IMG/VR virus record: IMGVR_UViG_3300025121_000282
Coordinates: 124,001 to 188,000 of that record
Reading direction: 5' to 3' (one strand)
DNA length: 64,000 nt
Below are positions 9,576 to 17,790 of the stretch, piece by piece. Position 1 is the stretch's first letter. The number at the start of each line of letters is the position of its first letter. A model generated the notes under the pieces. The model had not been told where the DNA came from. It saw nothing but the letters and a program-made list of their open reading frames with translations, and did no database searches. The translations under genes were made by a program, and so were the position numbers.

Positions 9576-9966
9576 GAGTTACAATAACCAATTTAGGTCA
9601 GGTTTTCCAATTCATAAGCTCAAGAATACTTGAGTTGGAAACACTTATAAGAGAGAACACCAGAGAAAGGGATATATGGCTGATCCACACACGTGAGGTG
9701 GGATTAAAGCCTGATAGCTCTACACCCGGAGTAGTCTCGTTGGTTTCTCCGTCCATGTTCTTTTACGTTGAGAACCGGATTGTAGCTACGCTCAATAAGT
9801 CTGAAGAAGCTCGGCGGGAAATAGATTTGTTAAGGGCATACAGGGCAAGTCTGTCTCCTTGTTATAACTGCGGTGGAAAAGGTGATATTTTATTTTATTT
9901 TATTTCGCACAGGCCGACGCTCATTTTGAGAAATGCCCTAAGTGTAATGGTTCAGGTCGTCCATGA
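9557..9966 (+). pseudogene. coiled-coil protein with a DnaJ-type CxxCxGxG zinc finger, frameshifted in (TATTT)4
   Basis: CYNCGGKG in one frame and CPKCNGSG in another; the repeat at 9886-9905 lies between them. Confidence 0.6.
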
Positions 9967-10220
9967 AGTACAGCGGATCAGAAATGGTTATAGACTCGAC
10001 CCCTCCCAGGGAGTTTAACCAGTTGTACCGTGGGTACCTGGAAGGAGCCGTTGTGGACACCACTTTCCTGCCCAAGTGGGGTGGCTATTCAGACGCTATT
10101 CGTAAGGATTGGGTTAGAATTGTCAAGCTGCCTCGGTGCCACCATCACAAGTACCGTTGTCGTAGTATTGACTCTGACGGACTAGTAGCAAATGGGTGTA
10201 AACGTGAAAAGCTGGCTTAA
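9963..10220 (+). CDS. hypothetical protein
   Basis: ATGA overlap. Confidence 0.5.
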   Translation: MKYSGSEMVIDSTPPREFNQLYRGYLEGAVVDTTFLPKWGGYSDAIRKDWVRIVKLPRCHHHKYRCRSIDSDGLVANGCKREKLA

Positions 10221-10509
10221 GCCTATCCCCGTGATAGCGTTCCTGACTCTACTTGGGATGGGGTTTGTAGACTGGTGGTTGTCTACTCAACCCATGCCAG
10301 ATCGTGCCCACTGGGTCCACCATGGGTTTATAGCATTTCTCAGCCTGGGGTTTGTCATTGCTATCTGGAAGATCAGTAGAACTTGTGATGCCCGGCATCC
10401 ACATGAGAACTTCCAGTGTATTTTAACAAAGGGACACCAGGGCTGTCACACGGGAATTTACATACGTACAGAGAAAGTAGAATGGTGGACAGACGATGGC
10501 CAAAGATGA
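10192..10509 (+). CDS. membrane protein (2 TM) with C/H-rich tail
   Basis: Two hydrophobic segments; C..GH.G.H. Confidence 0.6.
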   Translation: MGVNVKSWLKPIPVIAFLTLLGMGFVDWWLSTQPMPDRAHWVHHGFIAFLSLGFVIAIWKISRTCDARHPHENFQCILTKGHQGCHTGIYIRTEKVEWWTDDGQR

Positions 10510-10699
10510 CGCCGAGAGACTAGAAGTAAGTGTCAACATCCACTCGTGTGGTACCCTGGAGTCGTACAATTTCCACTACGACGCAAAGTTTTGTCCAAAG
10601 TGTGATGTGTGGACGGAAAAGAAATGTGGGTACGAATATCCAGAGTGTAGAACCATGTGTTCTACCAGACCTGACAAGCCATCGGGGACAGACAAATGA
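10496..10699 (+). CDS. small Cys-rich zinc-binding protein
   Basis: DA.FC..C..W.E..C...C..C..RP. Confidence 0.6.
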   Translation: MAKDDAERLEVSVNIHSCGTLESYNFHYDAKFCPKCDVWTEKKCGYEYPECRTMCSTRPDKPSGTDK

Positions 10700-10980
10700 C
10701 ACCTTGGAGACTGTGCGATAAAACATGGTGGGTAGCCTACTGCGTGGGGCTTGTTGTAGGCTCAGCCTACGCGCAATACGTGGCACGAGAAGTACTTAAC
10801 GTCACCGTATTTTTCCTGGTTGTTGTGGTGTGCCTTGTTATAATCAAGAGGCTCTTTTTCAAATATGTACTTAAGCTACGTAAACACCCTATCCGCGATT
10901 GGTCCAGTAGCAGATTTTGCCACATTTGTGGTGCAGACGCCGATAAGAGAGAGCCTTGCAATACAAGTTTGCACTCCTAG
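10696..10980 (+). CDS. membrane protein (2 TM) with CxxC
   Basis: Hydrophobic segments; CHICG. Confidence 0.55.
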   Translation: MTPWRLCDKTWWVAYCVGLVVGSAYAQYVAREVLNVTVFFLVVVVCLVIIKRLFFKYVLKLRKHPIRDWSSSRFCHICGADADKREPCNTSLHS

Positions 10981-10994
10981 TTGTATACTTTTGT

Positions 10995-11492
10995 ATGAAA
11001 CTAGACGATGCAATTCTGGAAGTGCTCAAGCCGCTAGACCGCCCCTCCGAAGTTCCTGAAATATGTAGGTCTTTGAAGAGATACGGGCTAGACTCGTCGT
11101 GGAAAGAAATATCCAACACACTATTTGACTTGAAATCTAGAAATCTAGCGGACTCGGTTTCTATAGGCCCCGGAAAATTACAGTGGGTTTATAAAAACGA
11201 CACTGGTGGTGTCCCTTCTACAAATCAGGACCAAAGAATCAAGGAACTGGAAACTCGTTGTGACCAGTTGTTGACTGCACTTTGCCTTGTAGTGGAGACT
11301 TTTGGCGACCCAAGTGTTCTACTAGAACTGCAAGATAAGGTGGCTGGCTTGGAGTTTATAGCCGAAGAGCCACAATCCACAGACCAATCAGAATTTATAG
11401 TTGATGAGCCTGTCCCTCCGACTGTGACACCCCGGCCAGAACCCAAACTTGTAGACACTCAGTGGGACCCTGACGACCCTATACCTTTCTAA
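10995..11492 (+). CDS. winged-helix protein with coiled coil and an SSB-like acidic C-terminus (DDPIPF)
   Basis: IL..L.....EI...L......EI...L..L......W pattern; ends WDPDDPIPF. Confidence 0.6.
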   Translation: MKLDDAILEVLKPLDRPSEVPEICRSLKRYGLDSSWKEISNTLFDLKSRNLADSVSIGPGKLQWVYKNDTGGVPSTNQDQRIKELETRCDQLLTALCLVVETFGDPSVLLELQDKVAGLEFIAEEPQSTDQSEFIVDEPVPPTVTPRPEPKLVDTQWDPDDPIPF

Positions 11493-11532
11493 TATCACGA
11501 TTAACCGTTTCAAGTCGTAGTAGAATTATAAC

Positions 11533-12126
11533 ATGATCAAGGTATACTCAATCCCTAAGACAGGAGTGTGGGCCGCCGTATCCGGAGGTGTGGACTCTAT
11601 GGCTATGCTTTCTTTTCTTACGACCGGCAAGAAAAGAATCGAGGGCGTAGTCAACATCGGGCATGGTACGGAATACGGTAAGCGAGCCACCGAATTGGTG
11701 GAGAAGTACTGTGCAGAAAAAGAAGTCCCATTCCACTTTGCCCAGGTTACGGGCTCTAACGAGATGGAATGGAGGGATGCCCGCAGGGAAATTTATTCCA
11801 AGTACTCGTGGGTGGCTACTGCGCACCACTTGGACGATGTGATTGAATGGTGGTTGATGACCTCGCTTCGAGGGTCTCCCAAGCTGACTCCCGTAAGGTC
11901 TGGGAACGTGGTCCACCCATTTCTCAGAACTCCGAAGTCTGAACTTGCCCATTGGTGTGAACGGCACCATGTGCCCTACCTGGACGATCCCACCAATGTT
12001 GGTAATTTTAACGAACGGGCCAAAATCCGGGTTCTAATGCCCAGCTTGCTGAACATTTATCCAGGAATTCACACTTCTATCGGCAATTTGCTTGAACTTA
12101 GGGGAGATGCACCACCCAATGAGTAA
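11533..12126 (+). CDS. tilS: tRNA(Ile)-lysidine synthetase-like PP-loop ATPase (catalytic domain only)
   Basis: AVSGGVDSM PP-loop, TAHHLDD, HPFL..PK.E, DPTN....R..IR. Confidence 0.8.
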   Translation: MIKVYSIPKTGVWAAVSGGVDSMAMLSFLTTGKKRIEGVVNIGHGTEYGKRATELVEKYCAEKEVPFHFAQVTGSNEMEWRDARREIYSKYSWVATAHHLDDVIEWWLMTSLRGSPKLTPVRSGNVVHPFLRTPKSELAHWCERHHVPYLDDPTNVGNFNERAKIRVLMPSLLNIYPGIHTSIGNLLELRGDAPPNE

Positions 12127-12490
12127 CGCACCTATTCACTGGGTTACAACCCCCAAAACTGAGCAGTCTCCAGAACCCACCACAAGAGAACAAGAGAACA
12201 AGCCCTCACCCCCGTTAAAGGAAATGGCTGAGTATATGTTGGGAAAAGAGGGCTATACCTTCAAGGGCTCTAACAGAGTGGAATTTGAGGGTGGAGTCCT
12301 TTTGTCTTTCCGTGGTACCAAAAAAGTCGGCTCCGAAAATAGTGCTCGGTATGCTGTGGCTATGATAGAGTCTGACGGCACCATGGCTTGGTTTGAAACC
12401 ATGAGCCGAAAAGAAAAAGAAAAACACACCAAGTTTGTGGGTAATCGTAATCGCGGCAACCGCAGGTCTCAATTGGCAAATAAGGAGTAA
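12119..12490 (+). CDS. hypothetical protein
   Basis: Tiled ORF. Confidence 0.6.
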   Translation: MSNAPIHWVTTPKTEQSPEPTTREQENKPSPPLKEMAEYMLGKEGYTFKGSNRVEFEGGVLLSFRGTKKVGSENSARYAVAMIESDGTMAWFETMSRKEKEKHTKFVGNRNRGNRRSQLANKE

Positions 12491-12496
12491 CTGTAA

Positions 12497-13081
12497 ATGG
12501 CCGCCACTCTGATTGAGCGCCTCATTGCTTATGGTGTTGCAACCAATAAGTCCGAGGAACTAGAAAAGGTTATTCCTGCGAAGTTTGTCCAGGTTGGTGA
12601 TGTGACTGCAGGAATGTACGAACAGGCTTGCAAACTGCTAGGTATCGATTCCACAGCTTTTTACAGGGGTATAGTGGAACTGCTTCCTGACCCATTCGTC
12701 TGGTTTGAAGACAAAAGCGTTGAGACTGGGCATGGCTGGCGGTACTGCAAACATAAGCTGGAACTGCACTCCCCAGATGCGGGCATCAAAGTCAGTGTGA
12801 TGGGACTCGGCACCGACGAGAATGGCAACGAATATGAGGAGTGGGTGGACACCCAGTCTTTTGTTGAGTGCTCTTATGCCTGGATTTTCCCCAAATCGTA
12901 TTGGGACGAGCACAAGCACGTGATGGACAACATTAGACTGCCTCACGTACAGAAATCGCACCCTGGCTTCAAAGCGGGGTGCGACATGGAGTCCCACTTT
13001 GAGTTTAATCAGACTCCGCGTGCAATGAGGGCCTATCTAACTGATTGTGGTTTGATCGAGGTAGAGAGCAAATGGGACTGA
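12497..13081 (+). CDS. hypothetical protein
   Basis: AAGGAG SD; 194 aa. Confidence 0.75.
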   Translation: MAATLIERLIAYGVATNKSEELEKVIPAKFVQVGDVTAGMYEQACKLLGIDSTAFYRGIVELLPDPFVWFEDKSVETGHGWRYCKHKLELHSPDAGIKVSVMGLGTDENGNEYEEWVDTQSFVECSYAWIFPKSYWDEHKHVMDNIRLPHVQKSHPGFKAGCDMESHFEFNQTPRAMRAYLTDCGLIEVESKWD

Positions 13082-13317
13082 GCCTAAGCCTACGAGATAT
13101 AACGGAAAAAGCAGAAAAAACAGAGTACATAGCGTGTGAAGTGAGCCCGTACAGAGTTATCTTGAAGGGTACACCGACAGGACTACGAACGCATCCTGTT
13201 TGGATTGTCCAAAAGCAATCTCCATATGGGCCTTGGGTCGATGTCACCTATCACAATTTCTTGTGCTTTGCAATGAGTACTTTTGCCAATCTAGCGAAAG
13301 TAACTCTGGAGGACTGA
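13072..13317 (+). CDS. hypothetical protein
   Basis: Tiled ORF. Confidence 0.5.
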   Translation: MGLSLSLRDITEKAEKTEYIACEVSPYRVILKGTPTGLRTHPVWIVQKQSPYGPWVDVTYHNFLCFAMSTFANLAKVTLED

Positions 13318-13318
13318 A

Positions 13319-13660
13319 ATGCAGTATTTTTGGATGGACGGCGTCAAGATGTTTGACGGGCCGTACCATGATGTAGAAGAAGCCATCAACTACGCAAAGG
13401 GGATGAAGTCTTTTGCCTCTCCTGAGCACATGCACATTTTTCTTGCCACATTTGATCCAGAGTCTAAAATCCTAGACCTGTACAGAGACGAGTCTGACAA
13501 TGTTATAACTTGGAGGCACCTTGCTTTTCAGGCCCCGAATCCCACTGTGCTTGCTAAGCATGTCACCAAGGAATTGTGGAAGGCTGCTGCTGTAACTGCA
13601 CCTCAAGTTACTACTGTGCACACTTCACACTTCACACTGTTGCATAAACTGTGGATGTAA
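13319..13660 (+). CDS. hypothetical protein
   Basis: GGAGG SD. Confidence 0.65.
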   Translation: MQYFWMDGVKMFDGPYHDVEEAINYAKGMKSFASPEHMHIFLATFDPESKILDLYRDESDNVITWRHLAFQAPNPTVLAKHVTKELWKAAAVTAPQVTTVHTSHFTLLHKLWM

Positions 13661-14059
13661 ATACGGGGACAAATGCTGTGATGTGACCGTTGGGCGTTTG
13701 AAGCAAGAGTACGAATGCACTGGGTCCTGTAGGGACTATTGACTCTTGAACATACCTGTTCTGGCCCACAAGATCAAAAATTGCCGTAAACCAATCGTTC
13801 ACATGGTGGGTCCAAACAGGCCTGTCTTGTGTCGCATGTCCCGCCTTCCTGGTTCTAAATACCTCTCAGACGTAACTTGCAAAATCTGTCTGCGGATGGT
13901 GCACAGTCCTTACTACAACGTATATTGACCGCACCATGATAATGTAGAATGACTCTGCCGCAGTCACGTTGATTGCAATGTCAACGGGGTAACCAAATTT
14001 AAACTAAGGTGAACGGGGTGTAGACTGCACACCCCTAGTAACTTTACCCCTGTTTTAAT

Positions 14060-14749
14060 TTGAGCACTATGATGACTGCAGCCTACTACTATGGCAACAA
14101 GTCCGTTCCTGTTCCCAAGATGGAAACCCGCAAATACAATCGCAAGATCCGCAAAGCGCGCCGCCACTTCAAAATTACATTTGCTGCAAAAAGTTTCCCT
14201 CCTGGAGTTCCCCCGTCAGAAGAGTACTCGCCCAATGTCGAGGAGCCCTGGAATCAATATTTGAAGTCTGGCGTGTACACAAGGTGGCACCGACGCCGGG
14301 CCAAGAAAAACACAGCAGCACGGGGCAGGCAGAACCTCAACAAGATTGCAATTGGGGACAAAGTAGAGCTTGATGGCTTTATTGGTGAGGTTCTGCAACG
14401 TTTGGGGCGTAAGACCTTTAAGGTTAAGGTGTTGGGTTACATACCACAAGTGTCTCGTCCCATGGATGTGTACATCCCGCAGAATGAACACATTGGCAAC
14501 ATCTTTACCATCAAGGTAAGAAATTCGCTGTACACCGCCAGGACTGCTCCGGTCGACGTTTATGGCTATGCCGCAAAACACATCGAGTACTGTGATGTGG
14601 TTTTGAGTACCCCGCACACTCTTAAAGACGAAGGATGGGGGAAAACGTGGCTTGAGTGCAGAGCCATGTGGTTCTGTCTTGGGTGGAATTTTTCAGCGGG
14701 CGTAGAATTCGATAGCTGGCGGGCCCGAAAACTAATTGGAGTTGTCTGA
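14060..14749 (+). CDS. basic hypothetical protein
   Basis: 229-aa ORF with R/K-rich N-terminal half. Confidence 0.65.
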   Translation: MSTMMTAAYYYGNKSVPVPKMETRKYNRKIRKARRHFKITFAAKSFPPGVPPSEEYSPNVEEPWNQYLKSGVYTRWHRRRAKKNTAARGRQNLNKIAIGDKVELDGFIGEVLQRLGRKTFKVKVLGYIPQVSRPMDVYIPQNEHIGNIFTIKVRNSLYTARTAPVDVYGYAAKHIEYCDVVLSTPHTLKDEGWGKTWLECRAMWFCLGWNFSAGVEFDSWRARKLIGVV

Positions 14750-14751
14750 AA

Positions 14752-15117
14752 ATGAAAACATTGCACGTTTGTGTGAATGGTCAAGACTCGGTGGTTGTGC
14801 TAGACCTGTCTAGCGAGATTAAGTCCAGTTGTCAGCTTCGTGTCAACCTAGCTAACACAGTTGGACGGACTGATGGCGGGTTATTGCATGTAAGTTTCCA
14901 GTCCCGTGTGAAAGTGTATCAATACCTACTGACAGGGACAGAAACTTCTTTGTTTGATACCTGTGACACTGCAATTGTAGAGAACTGGGACCAGGAATCA
15001 GCACTCGCGGTTCGTGTCATCTATTGCGAGTTTCATGTGATGTCTAACGGACGCGTTAGGTTTTATAGTGACAAATACCAAACCAATTGGTTTCCCTCTG
15101 CTTTAATCCTGGGCTAA
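14752..15117 (+). CDS. hypothetical protein
   Basis: GGAG SD. Confidence 0.6.
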   Translation: MKTLHVCVNGQDSVVVLDLSSEIKSSCQLRVNLANTVGRTDGGLLHVSFQSRVKVYQYLLTGTETSLFDTCDTAIVENWDQESALAVRVIYCEFHVMSNGRVRFYSDKYQTNWFPSALILG

Positions 15118-15211
15118 AATCGCAGTAGTAACTGCGAGCGGGAACCCGCGAGAACACATTTCAAAACGTTGTGTTGTATTTACCGGACAACATGACAGCA
15201 AGGATAACAAA

Positions 15212-15409
15212 ATGAGACCAGACAATCAATCTTTAGATAAGCCGCTGAGCAAAATTCTTGAAGGCACTAAAGAGTTTTCGAGCGCGGTTACTGAACGGAT
15301 TCGTAGTCCCGATTGGGGTGACGCACACAAGCGTGAAATCTCCCACATTAGGACTAAACTTCTAGAGTTGGAAGCAGAACTGTCCAACCTTCAGATAAAC
15401 AACTGGTAA
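15212..15409 (+). CDS. small helical protein
   Basis: AAGGA SD. Confidence 0.6.
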   Translation: MRPDNQSLDKPLSKILEGTKEFSSAVTERIRSPDWGDAHKREISHIRTKLLELEAELSNLQINNW

Positions 15410-15877
15410 GTTGCAATCTGTAATTATTAATCTGTGGTGTTGTTCTCAGGACCCCACAGCAGAACCTTGTAAGCACACCCACTTCTGTCCGCTATGCTTT
15501 ATTGACGAAATCTGTGACTGCACCTGCTCGGTCACAGATGACCTTGGACTTTCAAAACACGGTCTACCTCGTGGGCACCACACTTTATGTGTGAATTGCT
15601 TAAATAGTATTACTTAGTACCCTACCTTATCTAGTACACCTACTACCAATCATTATCTCTTCAAACATAGTACTTGTGCACAGACAGCGTGTACTTATTA
15701 TTATGTTATGTCGCCCAGCACCAACCAGAACCACTTTCTAGAACCCACAAGAAGGCACACAATAGACCATTGACGGTGTATTAATGACACTGAAGAACCC
15801 CAGAAGAGAGAGTCGGTCAGGCAATCAGGCAGGATCGGCTCGGGGTTTTCAACTGGTTTTTAAGTGGAGATTGAAAA

Positions 15878-16483
15878 ATGCGTCTCGTTGCCCTTCAGAC
15901 TCAGGTTTTTCTTGCTGGTTGCGCTGTCCTCGTTCAGTCGGAGAGTGGTCGGCTCCAGTTTCGCCCCGCGTCGAAGGACGCCAAGGCGGCGCTGGCCCTG
16001 GTGACCATCGACCGGACGGACCCGGCGAATCCGGTGGAGACGGAGACGGTCCTTTTCGAGGGTCGCTACTCGTCCCAGACTTTCGACGCGGTCCGGTCTC
16101 AGGTCGAGATGGCGCTGGGTTGCCAGCTTCCCGACCTTCCTAACCGTCAGCAGACGGTGGAAGTTCAGGCTGATGCCCCGGCCAAGACCCCGAAGTCGAA
16201 GCTCCCTCCGAATGCGTGTCTTTGTGGGTGCGGGGCTACCACTTCGTCTCACAAGTCCCGGTTCGTTCAGGGCCATGACCAGCGGCTGGTTTCCATGATC
16301 CTCAAGGGGGACACGGCGAATCTCTCCCCGGAGCAGCTGACTGTCGGTCAGGCGATCATCGCCAGCAAGGCTGCGGCCCGTGCGGCAAAGGCTGCGACGA
16401 AGCCGGTCCTGCAGGCTGCGGACACGTCGGCCCCCACGTCTGCTTCCGCTCCCGCGGACACTGCTTCGGTGGCTTCTAACTGA
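15878..16483 (+). CDS. protein with a CxCGCG...F..GHD zinc-binding motif and Ala/Lys/Ser-rich tail
   Basis: CLCGCGATTSSHKSRFVQGHDQRL; GGAG SD; own promoter motif at 15770. Confidence 0.75.
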   Translation: MRLVALQTQVFLAGCAVLVQSESGRLQFRPASKDAKAALALVTIDRTDPANPVETETVLFEGRYSSQTFDAVRSQVEMALGCQLPDLPNRQQTVEVQADAPAKTPKSKLPPNACLCGCGATTSSHKSRFVQGHDQRLVSMILKGDTANLSPEQLTVGQAIIASKAAARAAKAATKPVLQAADTSAPTSASAPADTASVASN

Positions 16484-16484
16484 T

Positions 16485-16697
16485 TTGGGTAATGTGGCGC
16501 TGACCGGTATGTCAGCAGCTGCCCTCATCTTGTGAAACACACCATGATTTGCATCCCGGCAAGGAAGGGAAAGAATTGGGTGGGCAGTCACCCACTTGAG
16601 TACTGGAGCCGCGTGGGACCAAACCTCCCATTTGGCAGTCAAGGTGCGCAACGAGGGTAGTAAAATTAATCAGGTAAGACTCCTGAACATTACCCAA
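16485..16697 (+). ncRNA. candidate structured RNA: tRNA-like cloverleaf with a 125-nt insert in the anticodon arm
   Basis: Terminal stem 16485-16495/16687-16697; D-like arm GCTGAC-CGGTAT-GTCAGC; stem GCTGCCCTC/GAGGGTAGT; T-like arm TCAGG-TAAGACT-CCTGA; G-U pairs imply the + strand. Confidence 0.6.
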
Positions 16698-16704
16698 TTT
16701 CTTT

Positions 16705-16740
16705 CAAGGCCTGTGCTGACTTCGGTTGGTGCGGGCCTTG
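16705..16740 (+). other. 16-bp hairpin capped by a C(UUCG)G tetraloop (3' stabiliser or atypical terminator)
   Basis: CAAGGCCTGTGCTGAC-TTCG-GTTGGTGCGGGCCTTG with several G-U pairs; no U-tract. Confidence 0.7.
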
Positions 16741-16744
16741 TCGT

Positions 16745-17233
16745 ATGTATAGTCGTTGCATGGATTACACAGACATACTAAAACAACAAGTAATAGAAGT
16801 GGCCTCTACAGTTTGCCCTAAACTGGATGACATTTCGTCAGACACATATACAGGTATCTGTTCTTATGACCTTAGGAAATTGCATGCCGTTCTTTCAGAT
16901 TTGACTGACTATCAGCAAAATGAATGGAATCTTCGTCCCATCCTAGAACTAACACATTGCAACATTTTTAAAATCTGGATTTCTGCTGCAGATTTTATCA
17001 TTGTGGGAAAACACTCACCTATTGAGTTAAATCCACTACCTAAAGCTGAAGAACCCTGGGCTTGGTTGACGTTGAACTCTGGTAGGACCATCTATTTCCA
17101 CATAAGTAGAAGAATCATGAGTGGTGCCTGCTACCTAGACCAAGAAAAGAGACTCCCCGAAAATCTAGACCTAAGTTTATTTCGTCTTTTGCCTTGGACT
17201 GAAAAATGTGAAAGACCAATTGCTTACATCTGA
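16745..17233 (+). CDS. hypothetical protein
   Basis: 162-aa ORF. Confidence 0.55.
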   Translation: MYSRCMDYTDILKQQVIEVASTVCPKLDDISSDTYTGICSYDLRKLHAVLSDLTDYQQNEWNLRPILELTHCNIFKIWISAADFIIVGKHSPIELNPLPKAEEPWAWLTLNSGRTIYFHISRRIMSGACYLDQEKRLPENLDLSLFRLLPWTEKCERPIAYI

Positions 17234-17267
17234 CATTAACCGTCACATCTGATTATAGAATTATCCT

Positions 17268-17516
17268 ATGGCACAATCTAAGAAATTGACTAATCTTCAC
17301 GTGTTGATGGCGATTGATGTCCTTGGCATTGGCGCCTCGCCACCCACATTGGCGGAAACACTCGGTGTTAGTATTACCACTGTGTACAAATACCTGAACG
17401 AAATGTACTCATTGAGCCTAGCAGAAGCCATGCACATTGGGAATGGCCCAACTGTGTACTTTGTCTTGCCGTTGGGTCGTCGTCATTTGTACACCGAATA
17501 TCATGGTAATTACTGA
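17268..17516 (+). CDS. winged-HTH DNA-binding protein
   Basis: TLAETLGVSITTVYKYLNEM HTH with C-terminal wing. Confidence 0.7.
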   Translation: MAQSKKLTNLHVLMAIDVLGIGASPPTLAETLGVSITTVYKYLNEMYSLSLAEAMHIGNGPTVYFVLPLGRRHLYTEYHGNY

Positions 17517-17541
17517 ATTATAACAAGAAGGACTGATTGTA

Positions 17542-17772
17542 ATGACCGTGCAAGAACTCATTCATCATCTTGAACACTTTCATCCTGACCTGGAAGTGCG
17601 GATTGGGACCCGACCGGTGGGTTACCCCGCGCAGGCCTCTGTGGCTGGGGTAACCCAGATTGTAAATGAGAACCCGTCTGAGGACGAAGACGTGCTAGAA
17701 CCTGGGGTTGTGCTTGTCCTTCAGGGTGAACACCGGGGCTATCTCACCCGTAGTGCCTGGGGTGGGGTTTGA
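17542..17772 (+). CDS. conserved phage hypothetical protein
   Basis: MTVQELIHHLEHFHPDLEV start. Confidence 0.7.
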   Translation: MTVQELIHHLEHFHPDLEVRIGTRPVGYPAQASVAGVTQIVNENPSEDEDVLEPGVVLVLQGEHRGYLTRSAWGGV

Positions 17773-17790
17773 CAATGGCTGATCAATGCT

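Noticed and set aside
16529-16653. Canonical group I intron or BHB intron
   Set aside because: At 125 nt it is too short, has no clear P4-P6 domain or P7 consensus, and its bulges do not form a strict bulge-helix-bulge; kept only as an atypical insert.
16544-16660. 38-codon ORF inside the candidate ncRNA, considered as a tmRNA tag
   Set aside because: No ANDN/ALAA-like tag and no G3-U70 Ala acceptor or TTCRA loop; probably chance.
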